64,000 nt of DNA from Patescibacteria group bacterium (GTDB lineage: Bacteria; Patescibacteriota; Patescibacteriia; JAHIZJ01), in assembly GCA_041650335.1 (NCBI GenBank), contig JBAZLK010000001.1, forward strand, positions 164,940 to 228,939. Reading direction: 5' to 3'. Made by a program: the position numbers and the translations under genes. Position 1 is the stretch's first letter, and the number at the start of each line of letters is the position of its first letter. Below, piece after piece: positions 17,624-27,912 of the stretch. Below the pieces are notes generated by a model. It searched no databases. It worked only from the letters and a program-made list of their open reading frames with translations, and had not been told where the DNA came from.

Positions 17624-18385
17624 ATGCTTTTATTTCGACGGTCCATACCATTTATCTCAACCCTCCTCATCGGTTTTGTCTATGAGTCTCTTTGTTTGAA
17701 GCCGGAAGACGTCTATTGGTATTGGGTTGGCCTTCTCGTTGTTGTCGCCGGCACGCAACTGGCGTTGTCAAAAAAGGCGCGTTTGGTCGAAACGGCTATT
17801 TTAGGCATCAGTCAAATATTATTTCTCTCCGGCACCTATTATTTTATTTTCTTTGTTGAAGGATCGACCATCCGCCAACTTTTGATTGGCCTCGCCTTGG
17901 TCATAAACCTATTCTATCTGACGAACATTTTTTACTATCATTTCCGAACTGAAAAGTACCAAGTAAACGCCCTCCAGAACATTTCAAGCTTTTTGAATTT
18001 AATTTCAATCTTTACGCTTAGCAGCGTCGGTTTTAGCCTTATCCTGTATCTTGGGTGGCCGTCATGGTTGATCAGCCTCGGGGTCGCACTGGCCTCGGCC
18101 GTGCTTTGCTATCAGACATATTGGGTGAATAAAATCGTTGGCCCCGCCACTTTTCTGTACGCCGGCATTACAGGTCTTGTCGGGGGTGAGATTTTTTGGG
18201 CCGCCACGTTTTTACCCACAAGTTTTTTTGTTAACGGCGCCATAGTTACCGTGGTCAACTACTCAATCGTAAACCTCGCCCGGCATTATTTTGCCGGAAA
18301 CCTGCAGAAGAACGTCGTCTGGCGGTATTTAATAATTAGCGCAACTGTGCTATTATTAACTCTAGTCACGGCGCGTTGGAAGTAA
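17624..18385 (+). CDS. Polytopic integral membrane protein, hypothetical
   Basis: About 7 hydrophobic helices. Start taken at the ATG at 17624, just after the previous stop; the track start at 17579 overlaps the upstream gene. Confidence 0.45.
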   Translation: MLLFRRSIPFISTLLIGFVYESLCLKPEDVYWYWVGLLVVVAGTQLALSKKARLVETAILGISQILFLSGTYYFIFFVEGSTIRQLLIGLALVINLFYLTNIFYYHFRTEKYQVNALQNISSFLNLISIFTLSSVGFSLILYLGWPSWLISLGVALASAVLCYQTYWVNKIVGPATFLYAGITGLVGGEIFWAATFLPTSFFVNGAIVTVVNYSIVNLARHYFAGNLQKNVVWRYLIISATVLLLTLVTARWK

Positions 18386-18404
18386 ATTTTTTTGAATCAT
18401 TCCC

Positions 18405-19634
18405 ATGGAACTTAAACCGACCCCAACTTCACCAAAGGCAAAGCAAAACACTGACATTGAAAGGCTTTTTCGCGATAAGAATTTTACTGAGCTCCATCGT
18501 CCCGGTCCACGGGGCAGCCGCACTTTTATCATCCTGTTATCAGTGGTTGTCGCCATATTTTCAGGTTTCTTTGGGGGAATGTTTTTCTACTATTTCTTTC
18601 CGAACCAGTTAAATCAGACCGGTCAGGTTACCTTCCGTTCGGCCCGAGGCGCTGAATTAACGCCCGAAAAGATAAACGAGCTCCGGGACGACACCCAGCG
18701 TGGCTTAATCAGCATTTTTCTGAAAAAGGAGTCGACGGTATCGACTGATCCGCGCAGCGACCTCTATCATCCTTGGGAGCAGCTGGCCACCGGCCTGGCT
18801 GTTACGAGTGATGGTTGGATTGTGGCGCCTCGTCTCGCCTTTACCGACCTCAATGCGAGTTACGTCGGAGTGAATTCCGATGGTACGGTCTTCGCCATAC
18901 AGAAGATAATGGCGGATCCGGCCAGCGCCTTGTATTTCTTGAAGATCGAGACAAATAATTTGCCCGTGGTCGACTTTGCTACTTCAGATGATATCTTTGC
19001 CGGCGACGAGATATTTCTTGTCGCCAATAACGGCCAAACCCTGCCGAATTTATTTTCCACAAACATCACTCAGCTGAAACATTTCGTGTACACGTCAGTC
19101 GCGGACTATCTCGAGTCGAGCGACCAGTACCGGAGCCGGGCGATATTGAAAGACGCCCTGACCGCAAATTATCAAGGCGCTGTCGCTGTTAATGGATCAG
19201 GTAAAATCCTTGGAATCGTGGCCGCGAAAGACTGGCCGTCAAATGAACTTGTCTTAGGCTATCAAATCCGGCCCGGTTTAGCCAGTTTATTGAAGAAAGG
19301 TGAGGTTGTCCGCCCGACGCTTGGCGTACATTATCTCGATCTCAGCCGCAAGAGTAATTACCCACCGACAAGTACGGAGGGAAGAAAAGCCGGCGCGCTC
19401 ATCTTCGGTGACCGTGATACAAATCTGCCCGCTGTCGAATCTGGGAGCGCGGCCGAAAAAGCCGGTTTGCAGAAAGGCGACATTATTATTAAGGTGAACG
19501 ATCTCACGCTTGATGAGCGGCAAGATTTGACCGACGCCATCCAGGATTATTCGCCTGGAGATACGGTGAAGCTGAAAATTATCCGTTCGTCGAAGGAAAT
19601 TACCGTTGAGGTTACCCTAAATTCTCAGAAATAA
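18405..19634 (+). CDS. HtrA/DegP-like membrane-anchored protein with a C-terminal PDZ domain. The trypsin-like domain appears catalytically degenerate.
   Basis: PDZ region: RPTLGVHYLDL...KAGLQKGDIIIKVNDLTLDERQDLTDAIQDYSPGDTVKLKIIR. The protease-like region lacks the TNNHV His motif and the GNSGGP Ser motif; ANYQGAVAVNGSGKILGIVA replaces GNSGGPL...GI. Confidence 0.5.
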   Translation: MELKPTPTSPKAKQNTDIERLFRDKNFTELHRPGPRGSRTFIILLSVVVAIFSGFFGGMFFYYFFPNQLNQTGQVTFRSARGAELTPEKINELRDDTQRGLISIFLKKESTVSTDPRSDLYHPWEQLATGLAVTSDGWIVAPRLAFTDLNASYVGVNSDGTVFAIQKIMADPASALYFLKIETNNLPVVDFATSDDIFAGDEIFLVANNGQTLPNLFSTNITQLKHFVYTSVADYLESSDQYRSRAILKDALTANYQGAVAVNGSGKILGIVAAKDWPSNELVLGYQIRPGLASLLKKGEVVRPTLGVHYLDLSRKSNYPPTSTEGRKAGALIFGDRDTNLPAVESGSAAEKAGLQKGDIIIKVNDLTLDERQDLTDAIQDYSPGDTVKLKIIRSSKEITVEVTLNSQK

Positions 19635-19642
19635 AGATCACG

Positions 19643-20365
19643 ATGTTACTTTCCCTTATTATTCCAGCCTACAACGAAGAAAAGCGAATTCGCAAGACGC
19701 TTGAGCTTTTTGTGCGAGAGCTTTGTCCGGGCGACAAGGAGATCATAGTCGTTTTAAATGGCTGCACCGACAACACGCGGTCGGTCGTTGAACAGGCGGC
19801 ACGAGACTTCGGTAGCGAAATAAAAATTGAAGAGCTTGCAATCGGTGGCAAAGGGTTGGCCGTCGTCCATGGTTTTAAAAAGGCGACTGGTGATCTGATC
19901 GGATTCGTTGATGCGGACGGAGCGACGAGCCCGCGTGAATATCGAAAGCTCGTTGAAGCCATCACGCAGGGCAAGGCTGATGGGGCAATTGCTTCGCGCT
20001 GGCTAGCCGGATCGCACGTCGTCGCCCGCACCTCGTTTTTCCGTGAAGTAATCAGTCAAGCGTTTTTCATTATTACAAAACTCTTATTCTGGCTGCCGTT
20101 CCGCGACACTCAGTGCGGCGCTAAATTGTTCCGTCGCGAGGTCGCCCAAGCCGTGCTGCCGAAATTAAAGGTGATGAATATGGCTTTTGACGTCGAGCTG
20201 TTGTTATTGACTAAACAGGCGAAATACCGGATTACTGAGGTGCCGACGGAGTGGATTGATCAGTCAATTTCCGCCACCTTCGGTTCGCCGCTGAAGGTGA
20301 TAAAGACCAGTCTTAACATGTTTTTCTCCCTTTTTAAAATACGTTTTCAACATTTACGCTCCTAA
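19643..20365 (+). CDS. Family 2 glycosyltransferase (GT-A)
   Basis: LSLIIPAYNEEKRIRKTLE; DxD-like FVDADGA; 240 aa with no C-terminal TM. Confidence 0.7.
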   Translation: MLLSLIIPAYNEEKRIRKTLELFVRELCPGDKEIIVVLNGCTDNTRSVVEQAARDFGSEIKIEELAIGGKGLAVVHGFKKATGDLIGFVDADGATSPREYRKLVEAITQGKADGAIASRWLAGSHVVARTSFFREVISQAFFIITKLLFWLPFRDTQCGAKLFRREVAQAVLPKLKVMNMAFDVELLLLTKQAKYRITEVPTEWIDQSISATFGSPLKVIKTSLNMFFSLFKIRFQHLRS

Positions 20366-20368
20366 GAC

Positions 20369-21397
20369 ATGTCGGTGGTACAACTGGTCCAGCAAAAAAA
20401 CATACTCGTGACGGGCGGCGCCGGCTTTATCGGCAGCCACCTCTGTGACATTTTGGTCAAACAGGGGAATGTCATCTGCCTCGATAATTTCATCACCGGG
20501 CACATCAGCAATATTGAGCACCTGCTCCACTTGCCGAATTTTGAATTTGTTAAACACGATATTGTCGAGGCGATTGATCTCGAGGCTTTGCCCGAATTAA
20601 AAAAGTTCAAAATTCCATTCCACGGAATCCAAGAAATATACCACCTGGCTTGTCCGACCTCGCACTATGAAAATCATGCCCACCAGCTAGCGACGGCCTT
20701 AACGAACGGCATTGGCACGAAGCACATTCTTGACCTGACGGTAAAATACCGAGCGGTATTGTTATTTACTTCCAGCGAGGCAATCTACGGGTGGCCGACG
20801 GATAAAGATAGCATTGCGCCGTACCACGAGGAATACTGGGGGTACGTCAACCCGTTAAGCAGTCGTGGGTGCTATGACGAGGGAAAGCGGTATGCCGAAA
20901 GTTTGATCATGATTTATCGTGATGAGCATAAACTGGATACGCGCATTCTCCGGATCTTTCCGACCTATGGTCCGCGCATGAGCCTGCGGGACAACCGCAT
21001 GATTCCGCGATTGATTTCGGAAGCCTTGAATAATCAGAAAATGAACATTTATGGACAGCCGACTGATCGCACGACGCTGTGTTACATCACCGATGTGATC
21101 GAAGCAATCACAAAAATGATGAAATCGGAACTTGCCGGCCCGATTAATATCGGCAGCGAAAATACGGTTAGCTTGAAGGAAATCGGTGAAAAGATAAAAA
21201 CCATTACCGGCGCGACCTCTGAAATTAGCTTTGAGAATGAGTCGCCATTCACGCATTACCGGGCTACCCCGGACATTACGCTGGCGCGGAATAAGCTCGG
21301 TTGGTTTCCGGTCGTTCCGCTCGATGAAGGTCTGCGCTTAACGATCGAGGACATGCGCGGGAGTCAGGTTGTCGGTATCCAAGACATCAAAGTATAA
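20369..21397 (+). CDS. uxs: UDP-glucuronate decarboxylase (UDP-xylose synthase, SDR family)
   Basis: [16 protein letters not shown]...LDNFITG; catalytic [11 protein letters not shown]; FPTYGPRM. Collinear with eukaryotic/bacterial UXS along its whole length. Confidence 0.7.
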   Translation: MSVVQLVQQKNILVTGGAGFIGSHLCDILVKQGNVICLDNFITGHISNIEHLLHLPNFEFVKHDIVEAIDLEALPELKKFKIPFHGIQEIYHLACPTSHYENHAHQLATALTNGIGTKHILDLTVKYRAVLLFTSSEAIYGWPTDKDSIAPYHEEYWGYVNPLSSRGCYDEGKRYAESLIMIYRDEHKLDTRILRIFPTYGPRMSLRDNRMIPRLISEALNNQKMNIYGQPTDRTTLCYITDVIEAITKMMKSELAGPINIGSENTVSLKEIGEKIKTITGATSEISFENESPFTHYRATPDITLARNKLGWFPVVPLDEGLRLTIEDMRGSQVVGIQDIKV

Positions 21398-21420
21398 TAA
21401 CTAATAACAACAAAGAACGT

Positions 21421-22593
21421 ATGGTAATGCGAAAAAAAGAACGTTTTATTTTTACCTCGGAGTCGGTTACCGAGGGTCATCCCGATAAAGTTTGCGATCA
21501 GATTTCCGACGCGGTGTTGGACGAACTGTTGCGTCAGGACCCAGGCAGCCGCTGCGCCTGCGAAGTGTTGGTGACAACAGGCCTGGTAGTTGTTGTCGGT
21601 GAAATCCACACGCGTGGATACGTCGACGTCCAAAAAATTGTCCGTCAAACGATAAAAGATATCGGCTATGCTAACCATGACTATGGCTTCCACTGGGAAG
21701 ACTGTGGGGTGATTGTGGCCATTGACGAGCAAAGCGCTGATATCGCTCAAGGTGTGACCGGCCGGGGTAAGTATAAACAGCAGGGGGCGGGGGATCAGGG
21801 GTTAATGTTTGGATACGCGACCGATGAGACGCCGGAATATATGCCCCTGCCGATCATCATGGCACATAAATTGGCACGGAAATTGACTGATGTTCGTAAA
21901 AAGGGAGTTTTGCCGTATCTTCGGCCCGACGGAAAAACGGAAGTCGCCGTCGAATACCTCAATGGGCGTCCGGTTCGATTGGAGACCGTTGTCATTGCCG
22001 CTCAGCATGACGAACACGTATCTGAGCAGAAGTTGGAACGGGATGTCATCGCGAAGGTCATTAAACCGGTGGCCGGCAAGTACTTTGATCGTCGGACGCG
22101 CGTATTTGTAAATGCGACCGGTCGCTTTGTCAAAGGCGGCCCGCCCGCCGATTCCGGTTTAACCGGCCGGAAGATCATCGTTGACACCTACGGTGGGTAC
22201 GCCCGCCATGGCGGCGGTTGCTTCTCAGGCAAAGATCCGTCAAAAGTCGACCGTTCGGCTGCGTATATGGCGCGCTATGTGGCCAAAAACATTGTGGCGG
22301 CTGGTTTAGCGAAGAAATGCGAAGTGCAGGTGGCGTATGTTATCGGTTTTGCCGAACCAATCAGCATTCTCGTGGACACGTTCGGTACCGGTGAGTTGTC
22401 GAACGAACGGATCGTTTCAATTATCCGGAAACATTTTGATTTGACTCCTGGCGGTATCATCAAACACCTGAAACTCCGCCGGCCGATCTATAAGAAAACG
22501 GCTGCCTACGGACACTTTGGCCGACGGGAAGCTGAATTCACCTGGGAAAAAACGGACCTGGTGCCGACCTTACGGCGCTATCTGAAGGCCTAA
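21421..22593 (+). CDS. metK: S-adenosylmethionine synthetase
   Basis: [24 protein letters not shown]; [12 protein letters not shown]; full-length MAT (ATG at 21421 or 21427). Confidence 0.9.
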   Translation: MVMRKKERFIFTSESVTEGHPDKVCDQISDAVLDELLRQDPGSRCACEVLVTTGLVVVVGEIHTRGYVDVQKIVRQTIKDIGYANHDYGFHWEDCGVIVAIDEQSADIAQGVTGRGKYKQQGAGDQGLMFGYATDETPEYMPLPIIMAHKLARKLTDVRKKGVLPYLRPDGKTEVAVEYLNGRPVRLETVVIAAQHDEHVSEQKLERDVIAKVIKPVAGKYFDRRTRVFVNATGRFVKGGPPADSGLTGRKIIVDTYGGYARHGGGCFSGKDPSKVDRSAAYMARYVAKNIVAAGLAKKCEVQVAYVIGFAEPISILVDTFGTGELSNERIVSIIRKHFDLTPGGIIKHLKLRRPIYKKTAAYGHFGRREAEFTWEKTDLVPTLRRYLKA

Positions 22594-22618
22594 TCACTCC
22601 TTAACGATTAGTCACGCT

Positions 22619-23902
22619 ATGAAAATAACGGTCATTGGTACTGGCTATGTCGGTTTAGTAACCGGAACGTGTCTCGCCGAGATCGGACACCAGGTGACTT
22701 GTCTTGATATTGATCAACGGAAGATCGCGGGCCTGCGACGGGGGGTTCTGCCGATCTATGAGCCAAAGCTCGATAGCTTGGTACAAAAAAATATTCGCGC
22801 CAAACGGTTGTTTTTTACCACGAGTTATCCTGAAGCGATCCAAGACAGCCTGGTCGTTTTTATTGCCGTGGGGACGCCGGCTCGTCCGGATGGAAAAGCC
22901 AACTTGCGCTATGTGTATGAGGCGGCCAAGTCAGTGGCAACACACATGTCCGACTACAAGGTGATCGTCGATAAAAGCACTGTCCCGGTCGGCACGGCGC
23001 AGGCGGTCAAGAAAATAATCAAACGGCATTATGCCGGTCGCTTTGATGTCGTTTCGTGCCCGGAATTTCTTCGCGAAGGCTCGGCGATCAAAGACTTTAT
23101 GCGGCCGGACCGCGTCGTTATCGGCGGTGATAACCGAAAAGCCACGAATATTCTGCTCGACGTCTTCAAGCCGATTCACGGAATGAAACTGGTGACGAAT
23201 CTCGAAAGTGCCGAGCTGATCAAATATGCCTCAAATGCTTTTCTGGCGACGAAAATATCGTTCATCAATGAGATCTCAAATATCTGTGACATCGTTGGTG
23301 CCGATGTCGGGGAGGTTGCTTACGGCATGGGCCTGGATCGGCGCATCGGTCCGCATTTTCTCCATGCCGGTGTCGGCTATGGCGGCAGCTGCTTTCCGAA
23401 AGACGTCAGCGCGCTAAAACAAATGGCCGGATCGAATGGCTACGATTTTCAATTGCTAAAGGCTGTGATTGAAGTAAATCGTCGCCAGCGGTCCGTCGTC
23501 CTGGCGAAGGCAAAAAAAATGCTCGGTTCCCTTCGCAATAAGAAAATCGGCGTCCTCGGGTTGGCCTTTAAAAACAACACCGACGACGTTCGAGAATCAG
23601 CTGCTATCGACATCATTCGGTTACTGGAAAGAAAACGCGCCAAGGTGACCGCCTTTGATCCGGTGGCGAGACGAAACGCGGTCAGACTATTGCCAGGCAC
23701 CGCGATCGTCGGAAGCGCCTATAGCGCCTGCCAAAAAAAGGACTTGATTATCATCGCTACCGAATGGCCCGAGTTTAGAGCTTTGGATTGGACTCGGATC
23801 AAACGGCTCATGAACAGGCCAAACATAGTTGACGGACGGAACCTTTTGGACCAAAATAAAATGCGTAAACTCGGCTTTCATTACGTGAGTATTGGGCGTT
23901 AA
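22619..23902 (+). CDS. ugd: UDP-glucose 6-dehydrogenase
   Basis: MKITVIGTGYVGLVTGTCLAEIGHQVTCLDID; catalytic Cys region GGSCFPKDV; GLAFKNNTDDVRES. Confidence 0.85.
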   Translation: MKITVIGTGYVGLVTGTCLAEIGHQVTCLDIDQRKIAGLRRGVLPIYEPKLDSLVQKNIRAKRLFFTTSYPEAIQDSLVVFIAVGTPARPDGKANLRYVYEAAKSVATHMSDYKVIVDKSTVPVGTAQAVKKIIKRHYAGRFDVVSCPEFLREGSAIKDFMRPDRVVIGGDNRKATNILLDVFKPIHGMKLVTNLESAELIKYASNAFLATKISFINEISNICDIVGADVGEVAYGMGLDRRIGPHFLHAGVGYGGSCFPKDVSALKQMAGSNGYDFQLLKAVIEVNRRQRSVVLAKAKKMLGSLRNKKIGVLGLAFKNNTDDVRESAAIDIIRLLERKRAKVTAFDPVARRNAVRLLPGTAIVGSAYSACQKKDLIIIATEWPEFRALDWTRIKRLMNRPNIVDGRNLLDQNKMRKLGFHYVSIGR

Positions 23903-23924
23903 GCGCTATTGTTAGCCAAAAAAC

Positions 23925-24875
23925 ATGAAAATTATCGTCACAATACCCGCTTTTAACGAGGCGGCTAATATTTCTGAGGTAATTGCTGAAATTCCTCGCC
24001 AGATTAATGGCGTGGATAGAGTTGAAGTTCTGGTCATTGACGACGGATCAACCGACCGAACAGTTGAGCTGGCCAAGCAGGCCGGCGCTGATTACGTCCT
24101 GTTGAATGGGGTAAATAAAGGCCTGGCCTACACGTTTCAACGCTTGATCGAAGAGGCGTTACAGAGAGGTGCCGATATTATCGTGAACACGGATGGCGAT
24201 AACCACTATAACCAATCGCGTATTCCTGAACTCATCGCTCCGATCTTAGAAAAACGGGCTGATATCGTCATCGGCGACCGCGAGGTGAAAAAACTAGAAC
24301 ACATGCCGGCCGCGAATAAATATTTTAATTTGATCGGAAGCTACTGCGTTTCCCGGATGATCGGATTGAAGAAAACGCTTGACGTCTCAACTGGCTTTCG
24401 GGCGTACAATCGGGAAGCGGCCATGCGGATCTCGATCTTTTCAAAACACACCTATACGCACGAGACGCTGATCCAGGCGCTCGATCATAGCCTGGCAATT
24501 ACCCAAGTGCCGATTCGGGCCCGCAAGGTGACGCGGAAATCGCGCCTCATCTCGAATATTCCGAAGCACCTGGTAAAATCTCTCATTGTCATATTTCGGG
24601 TGTTCACGATCTACAAACCCCTTCGTGTTCTATCGACGCTCGGGCTACTTGTTTTTCTGCCCGGTTTTATCCTTGTGCTCCGTTTTCTGTATTTTTACTT
24701 TTTTACCGTCCGGGGCGGCGAAGGCCACATCCAGTCTCTCATCATCGCGGCAATATTTATCCTTCTTGGTTTTCAAATATTCATTCTTGGCTTAATCGCT
24801 TCTGCCATCGGTTGGAATCGGAAAATGTCGGAAGAAATATTGTACCGGATTAAAAAAGAGTCGCTCAAAGAATGA
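23925..24875 (+). CDS. GT2 polyprenol-phosphate glycosyltransferase (GtrB/DPM1-like) with C-terminal TM helices
   Basis: IVTIPAFNEAANI...VIDDGSTDRT; two C-terminal hydrophobic helices (LLVFLPGFILVL..., IIAAIFILLGFQIFILGLIA). Confidence 0.7.
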   Translation: MKIIVTIPAFNEAANISEVIAEIPRQINGVDRVEVLVIDDGSTDRTVELAKQAGADYVLLNGVNKGLAYTFQRLIEEALQRGADIIVNTDGDNHYNQSRIPELIAPILEKRADIVIGDREVKKLEHMPAANKYFNLIGSYCVSRMIGLKKTLDVSTGFRAYNREAAMRISIFSKHTYTHETLIQALDHSLAITQVPIRARKVTRKSRLISNIPKHLVKSLIVIFRVFTIYKPLRVLSTLGLLVFLPGFILVLRFLYFYFFTVRGGEGHIQSLIIAAIFILLGFQIFILGLIASAIGWNRKMSEEILYRIKKESLKE

Positions 24876-25939
24876 CCGTACTTTTTATCACGCGAAAATA
24901 TCCGCCTCAGGTTGGAGGGATGGAGAATTACAGTTATGGTTTAATCTCCCATTTAGCCATCCGAACGCGGTTGATCGCACTTAAGCATTCACAGATCCAT
25001 CTCATTTGGTTTCTACCCTACGCCTTTATCGCTGGGCTTTTTTTGTCATGGCGGGTCGAGGTAATTTACCTCTGTGACGGTTTATTGTCCCCGCTGGGCT
25101 ATCTCTTGAAATTACTGACGCGGAAACCGGTTTGCGTCACCGTCCACGGCTTGGACGTCACCTATCAGAATCGGTTGTATCAAAAAGTAAACGTCGGCTG
25201 TCTGCGAAAACTGGACCGTGTTTTTTGCGTCAGCCGTTCCACGATCGAGGAATGTGTCAAACGCGGGATTGACCGGGAAAAATGTGTCTATATCCCGAAT
25301 GGCGTGCAGATTCCCAGTATTCCCGAGGCGTACACCCGCGAGCAGCTTGAAAAGCTAGTCCGGCGACCGCTCGCCGGGAAGAAAATAATCCTTTCAATCG
25401 GCCGGCTGGTTGCACGCAAGGGGACAGCCTGGTTTATTCGTGAAGTCTTGCCGCTTTTACCCGATGACATGATCTACTTGGTCGCCGGCGACGGACCCGA
25501 ACGCCAGCGCGTTGAGGCGGCGGTTTCGGAAAAGAACCTGTCAACGCGCGTTTTCCTTCTTGGGCAGGTGAGTGAGTCGGAACGCGAGTTACTGTTCCGG
25601 ACGGCTGATGTTTTTGTGATGCCAAACCAGCGGGTACCTGGCGATATGGAGGGTTTTGGCATTGTGGCGATTGAGGCGGCTGGCCGGGGCTTGCCGGTGG
25701 TGGTAGCCAGACTCGAGGGTTTAGCTGATGCCATCAGCGATGGTGAGAACGGGTATCTCGTCGATAGCGAAAACGCCGGAGCGTTTGCCAGAAAAATACG
25801 GGAACTGTTGAGTGACCCGGGTCTCGCCGGACTATCCGAGCGTTTTGCCGCCTACACGAAAAAATATTATAATTGGAAATACATCAGCCATCTCTATCTT
25901 GAGGAATTAAAGAAGCATTTCAGCAATGCGACGGATTAA
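24872..25939 (+). CDS. GT4 glycosyltransferase (GT-B)
   Basis: EGFGIVAIEAAGRGLPVVVARLEGLADAI...GENGYLV (EX7E region). Confidence 0.7.
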   Translation: MTVLFITRKYPPQVGGMENYSYGLISHLAIRTRLIALKHSQIHLIWFLPYAFIAGLFLSWRVEVIYLCDGLLSPLGYLLKLLTRKPVCVTVHGLDVTYQNRLYQKVNVGCLRKLDRVFCVSRSTIEECVKRGIDREKCVYIPNGVQIPSIPEAYTREQLEKLVRRPLAGKKIILSIGRLVARKGTAWFIREVLPLLPDDMIYLVAGDGPERQRVEAAVSEKNLSTRVFLLGQVSESERELLFRTADVFVMPNQRVPGDMEGFGIVAIEAAGRGLPVVVARLEGLADAISDGENGYLVDSENAGAFARKIRELLSDPGLAGLSERFAAYTKKYYNWKYISHLYLEELKKHFSNATD

Positions 25940-27905
25940 TCTCGAGTCAATTCTTTTCATCGTCGTTCTTCTGATGTGTCTGCTCATCGCTGGGCTGACC
26001 GGCCTCAGTATCTTTTCGGTTTTTACAAAGGAAATCGTCGGTTATCTGGCACTGGCGCTTTTTGGCTTGCCGCTGCTCTGGCTGATCATCACGCGCCGGC
26101 AGTCGGTATTCACCATTCAACGCAAGGAAGTTCTTTTTTTATTCGTCCTTCTTTTAGCCGTCACGCTGAGCGGTTTCTTTCATCATGACGTTCCTGAAGG
26201 ACGTGACGACATGGGCTACATCGCCGCCGCCGCAAAAATTACCGAGAGCCATTCGCTCTCCTTTACCGATGTTATCTCGCGGCCGTATCACCCTTTTCGC
26301 AGCCTTGGCAATGACACCTTTACCTCCCAATTTTTACCTGGCTACACGTCATATTTGGCCGGTTTCTATGATTTTGGCGGGCTTCATTCACTCCAGGTTG
26401 GTAACACTGTAATATTGTTTCTCACGTTAGTCGCGATGTATTTTATTGTCAGAAATCTTGCTGACGAAAAAACGGCTTTTCTGACAATCCTGCTCTATTT
26501 CACTACCTACACGACGCTCTGGTTTTCGCGACGCACCAACTCGGAAAATCTGCTCATCCTTTTGCTGCTTTTTGGCGGCTGGGCGTTATTGCGAGGCTTG
26601 CGCGAACGCCGGACGCACTATTTTGCGATCAGCGCGTTTGCTTTATGTTTGCCGTTGCTGGTTCGCGGCGAGGGGCTTGCCTATGCCGCTATTGGTATTG
26701 TGATCAATATAATCTTGGCAATAAAATATCGATCGCAAACCAATCGCTCGCGCGTGCTTACCGTCTTATTTTTTCTCGCGGCGCTTGGCAGTCTCTGGCT
26801 CTTGATTCGCTATGGTCAGTTCTATGGTGGCGATTACATCAGCTATACCATTAAAAACATGAACGGCGCGCTCGGTTTTCTCGGACGGTTGAAATTCGTG
26901 TTTCTCGGATTGGCCGCGCTCGCCGGCTTCCTTCTCTTGGCGCGCCGCCAATTTCAAAAAACAAAGAGGACTCTTAGGCTTAGGCCGTATATTTTTGGCG
27001 GTCTGCTGTTGGTTGCGGTCGGTTCTGAGATTGCCTTTTGGCTCTGGGCACGGTCGCACCAGACTGTTAATTGGCGCTGGTTCAAAATCCAGTATGTCAT
27101 TGATAATTTCTGGGCGTACATGTTGATCCCATATGTCCTGGTGGCCTATTGGGGAATATACAAAAAATACCTGGCTCAGCGGGTGTATTTTCTAGTGGCT
27201 ATTTTTCTGCCCTCGTTCATCTTCTTGGTCATGCCGGCGATTGCGGTGGATCAGCCCTGGTTCATGCGCCGCTTTTATGGCGGAATTATCCCGCTACTGT
27301 TTATTCTTGCCGGCGTCGCCTTTGGTAAAGTGTTGGCTGGCAAGAAATTCGCCCTGAACATGATTGTTCTGTTTTTTGTCCTCAATCTGTCCGTTTCGCT
27401 GCCAGTTCTGTTTTATAAAGACAATCAGGGCGTCGAAGGCCAACTTGACGCTGTCGCCGCCCATTTCACAAAAAATGATCTCATTGTGATGCAGCCAGGC
27501 TGGCACTGGCAGCAGTGGGGCTATGCCTGGCATTACTTATATGGACTGGATGTCCTGCCGAATGTTGATGGTTTTACGGCCGATGAATTTGTGGCTTTGG
27601 TCGAAAAGTATCCCAATGTCTATATTATGAGCGCTGACAAAGAAAACCCCTATGCGTTAGTTCAGGCGGCAGACCTTGAACATGCGTTTGATTTTACGCT
27701 CCGGTATCCGTCGCTCATCCCAACGGCGTGGGCAAATGAATACGTCGAGGATAATAAAAGTAACCTGTCGCTGGCTGCCATAGCCCAGGCGTGGAAGGGG
27801 ACGCCGCCGCGAACGTTTGAAAACGTCGAGCAGCCACTCTATGTCTTTCGGTTAAAGCAGAAAAATATCCTGATTGATCGATTTAGCCAGATACCAAAAT
27901 TTTAG
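25926..27905 (+). CDS. Polytopic GT-C-fold membrane glycosyltransferase (ArnT/PMT-like, GT39/GT83 family)
   Basis: >=12 TM helices. The first extracytoplasmic loop GRDDMGYIAAAAKI resembles the ArnT DEARYAEISREM motif. Confidence 0.45.
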   Translation: MRRINLESILFIVVLLMCLLIAGLTGLSIFSVFTKEIVGYLALALFGLPLLWLIITRRQSVFTIQRKEVLFLFVLLLAVTLSGFFHHDVPEGRDDMGYIAAAAKITESHSLSFTDVISRPYHPFRSLGNDTFTSQFLPGYTSYLAGFYDFGGLHSLQVGNTVILFLTLVAMYFIVRNLADEKTAFLTILLYFTTYTTLWFSRRTNSENLLILLLLFGGWALLRGLRERRTHYFAISAFALCLPLLVRGEGLAYAAIGIVINIILAIKYRSQTNRSRVLTVLFFLAALGSLWLLIRYGQFYGGDYISYTIKNMNGALGFLGRLKFVFLGLAALAGFLLLARRQFQKTKRTLRLRPYIFGGLLLVAVGSEIAFWLWARSHQTVNWRWFKIQYVIDNFWAYMLIPYVLVAYWGIYKKYLAQRVYFLVAIFLPSFIFLVMPAIAVDQPWFMRRFYGGIIPLLFILAGVAFGKVLAGKKFALNMIVLFFVLNLSVSLPVLFYKDNQGVEGQLDAVAAHFTKNDLIVMQPGWHWQQWGYAWHYLYGLDVLPNVDGFTADEFVALVEKYPNVYIMSADKENPYALVQAADLEHAFDFTLRYPSLIPTAWANEYVEDNKSNLSLAAIAQAWKGTPPRTFENVEQPLYVFRLKQKNILIDRFSQIPKF

Positions 27906-27912
27906 CTGCTCT

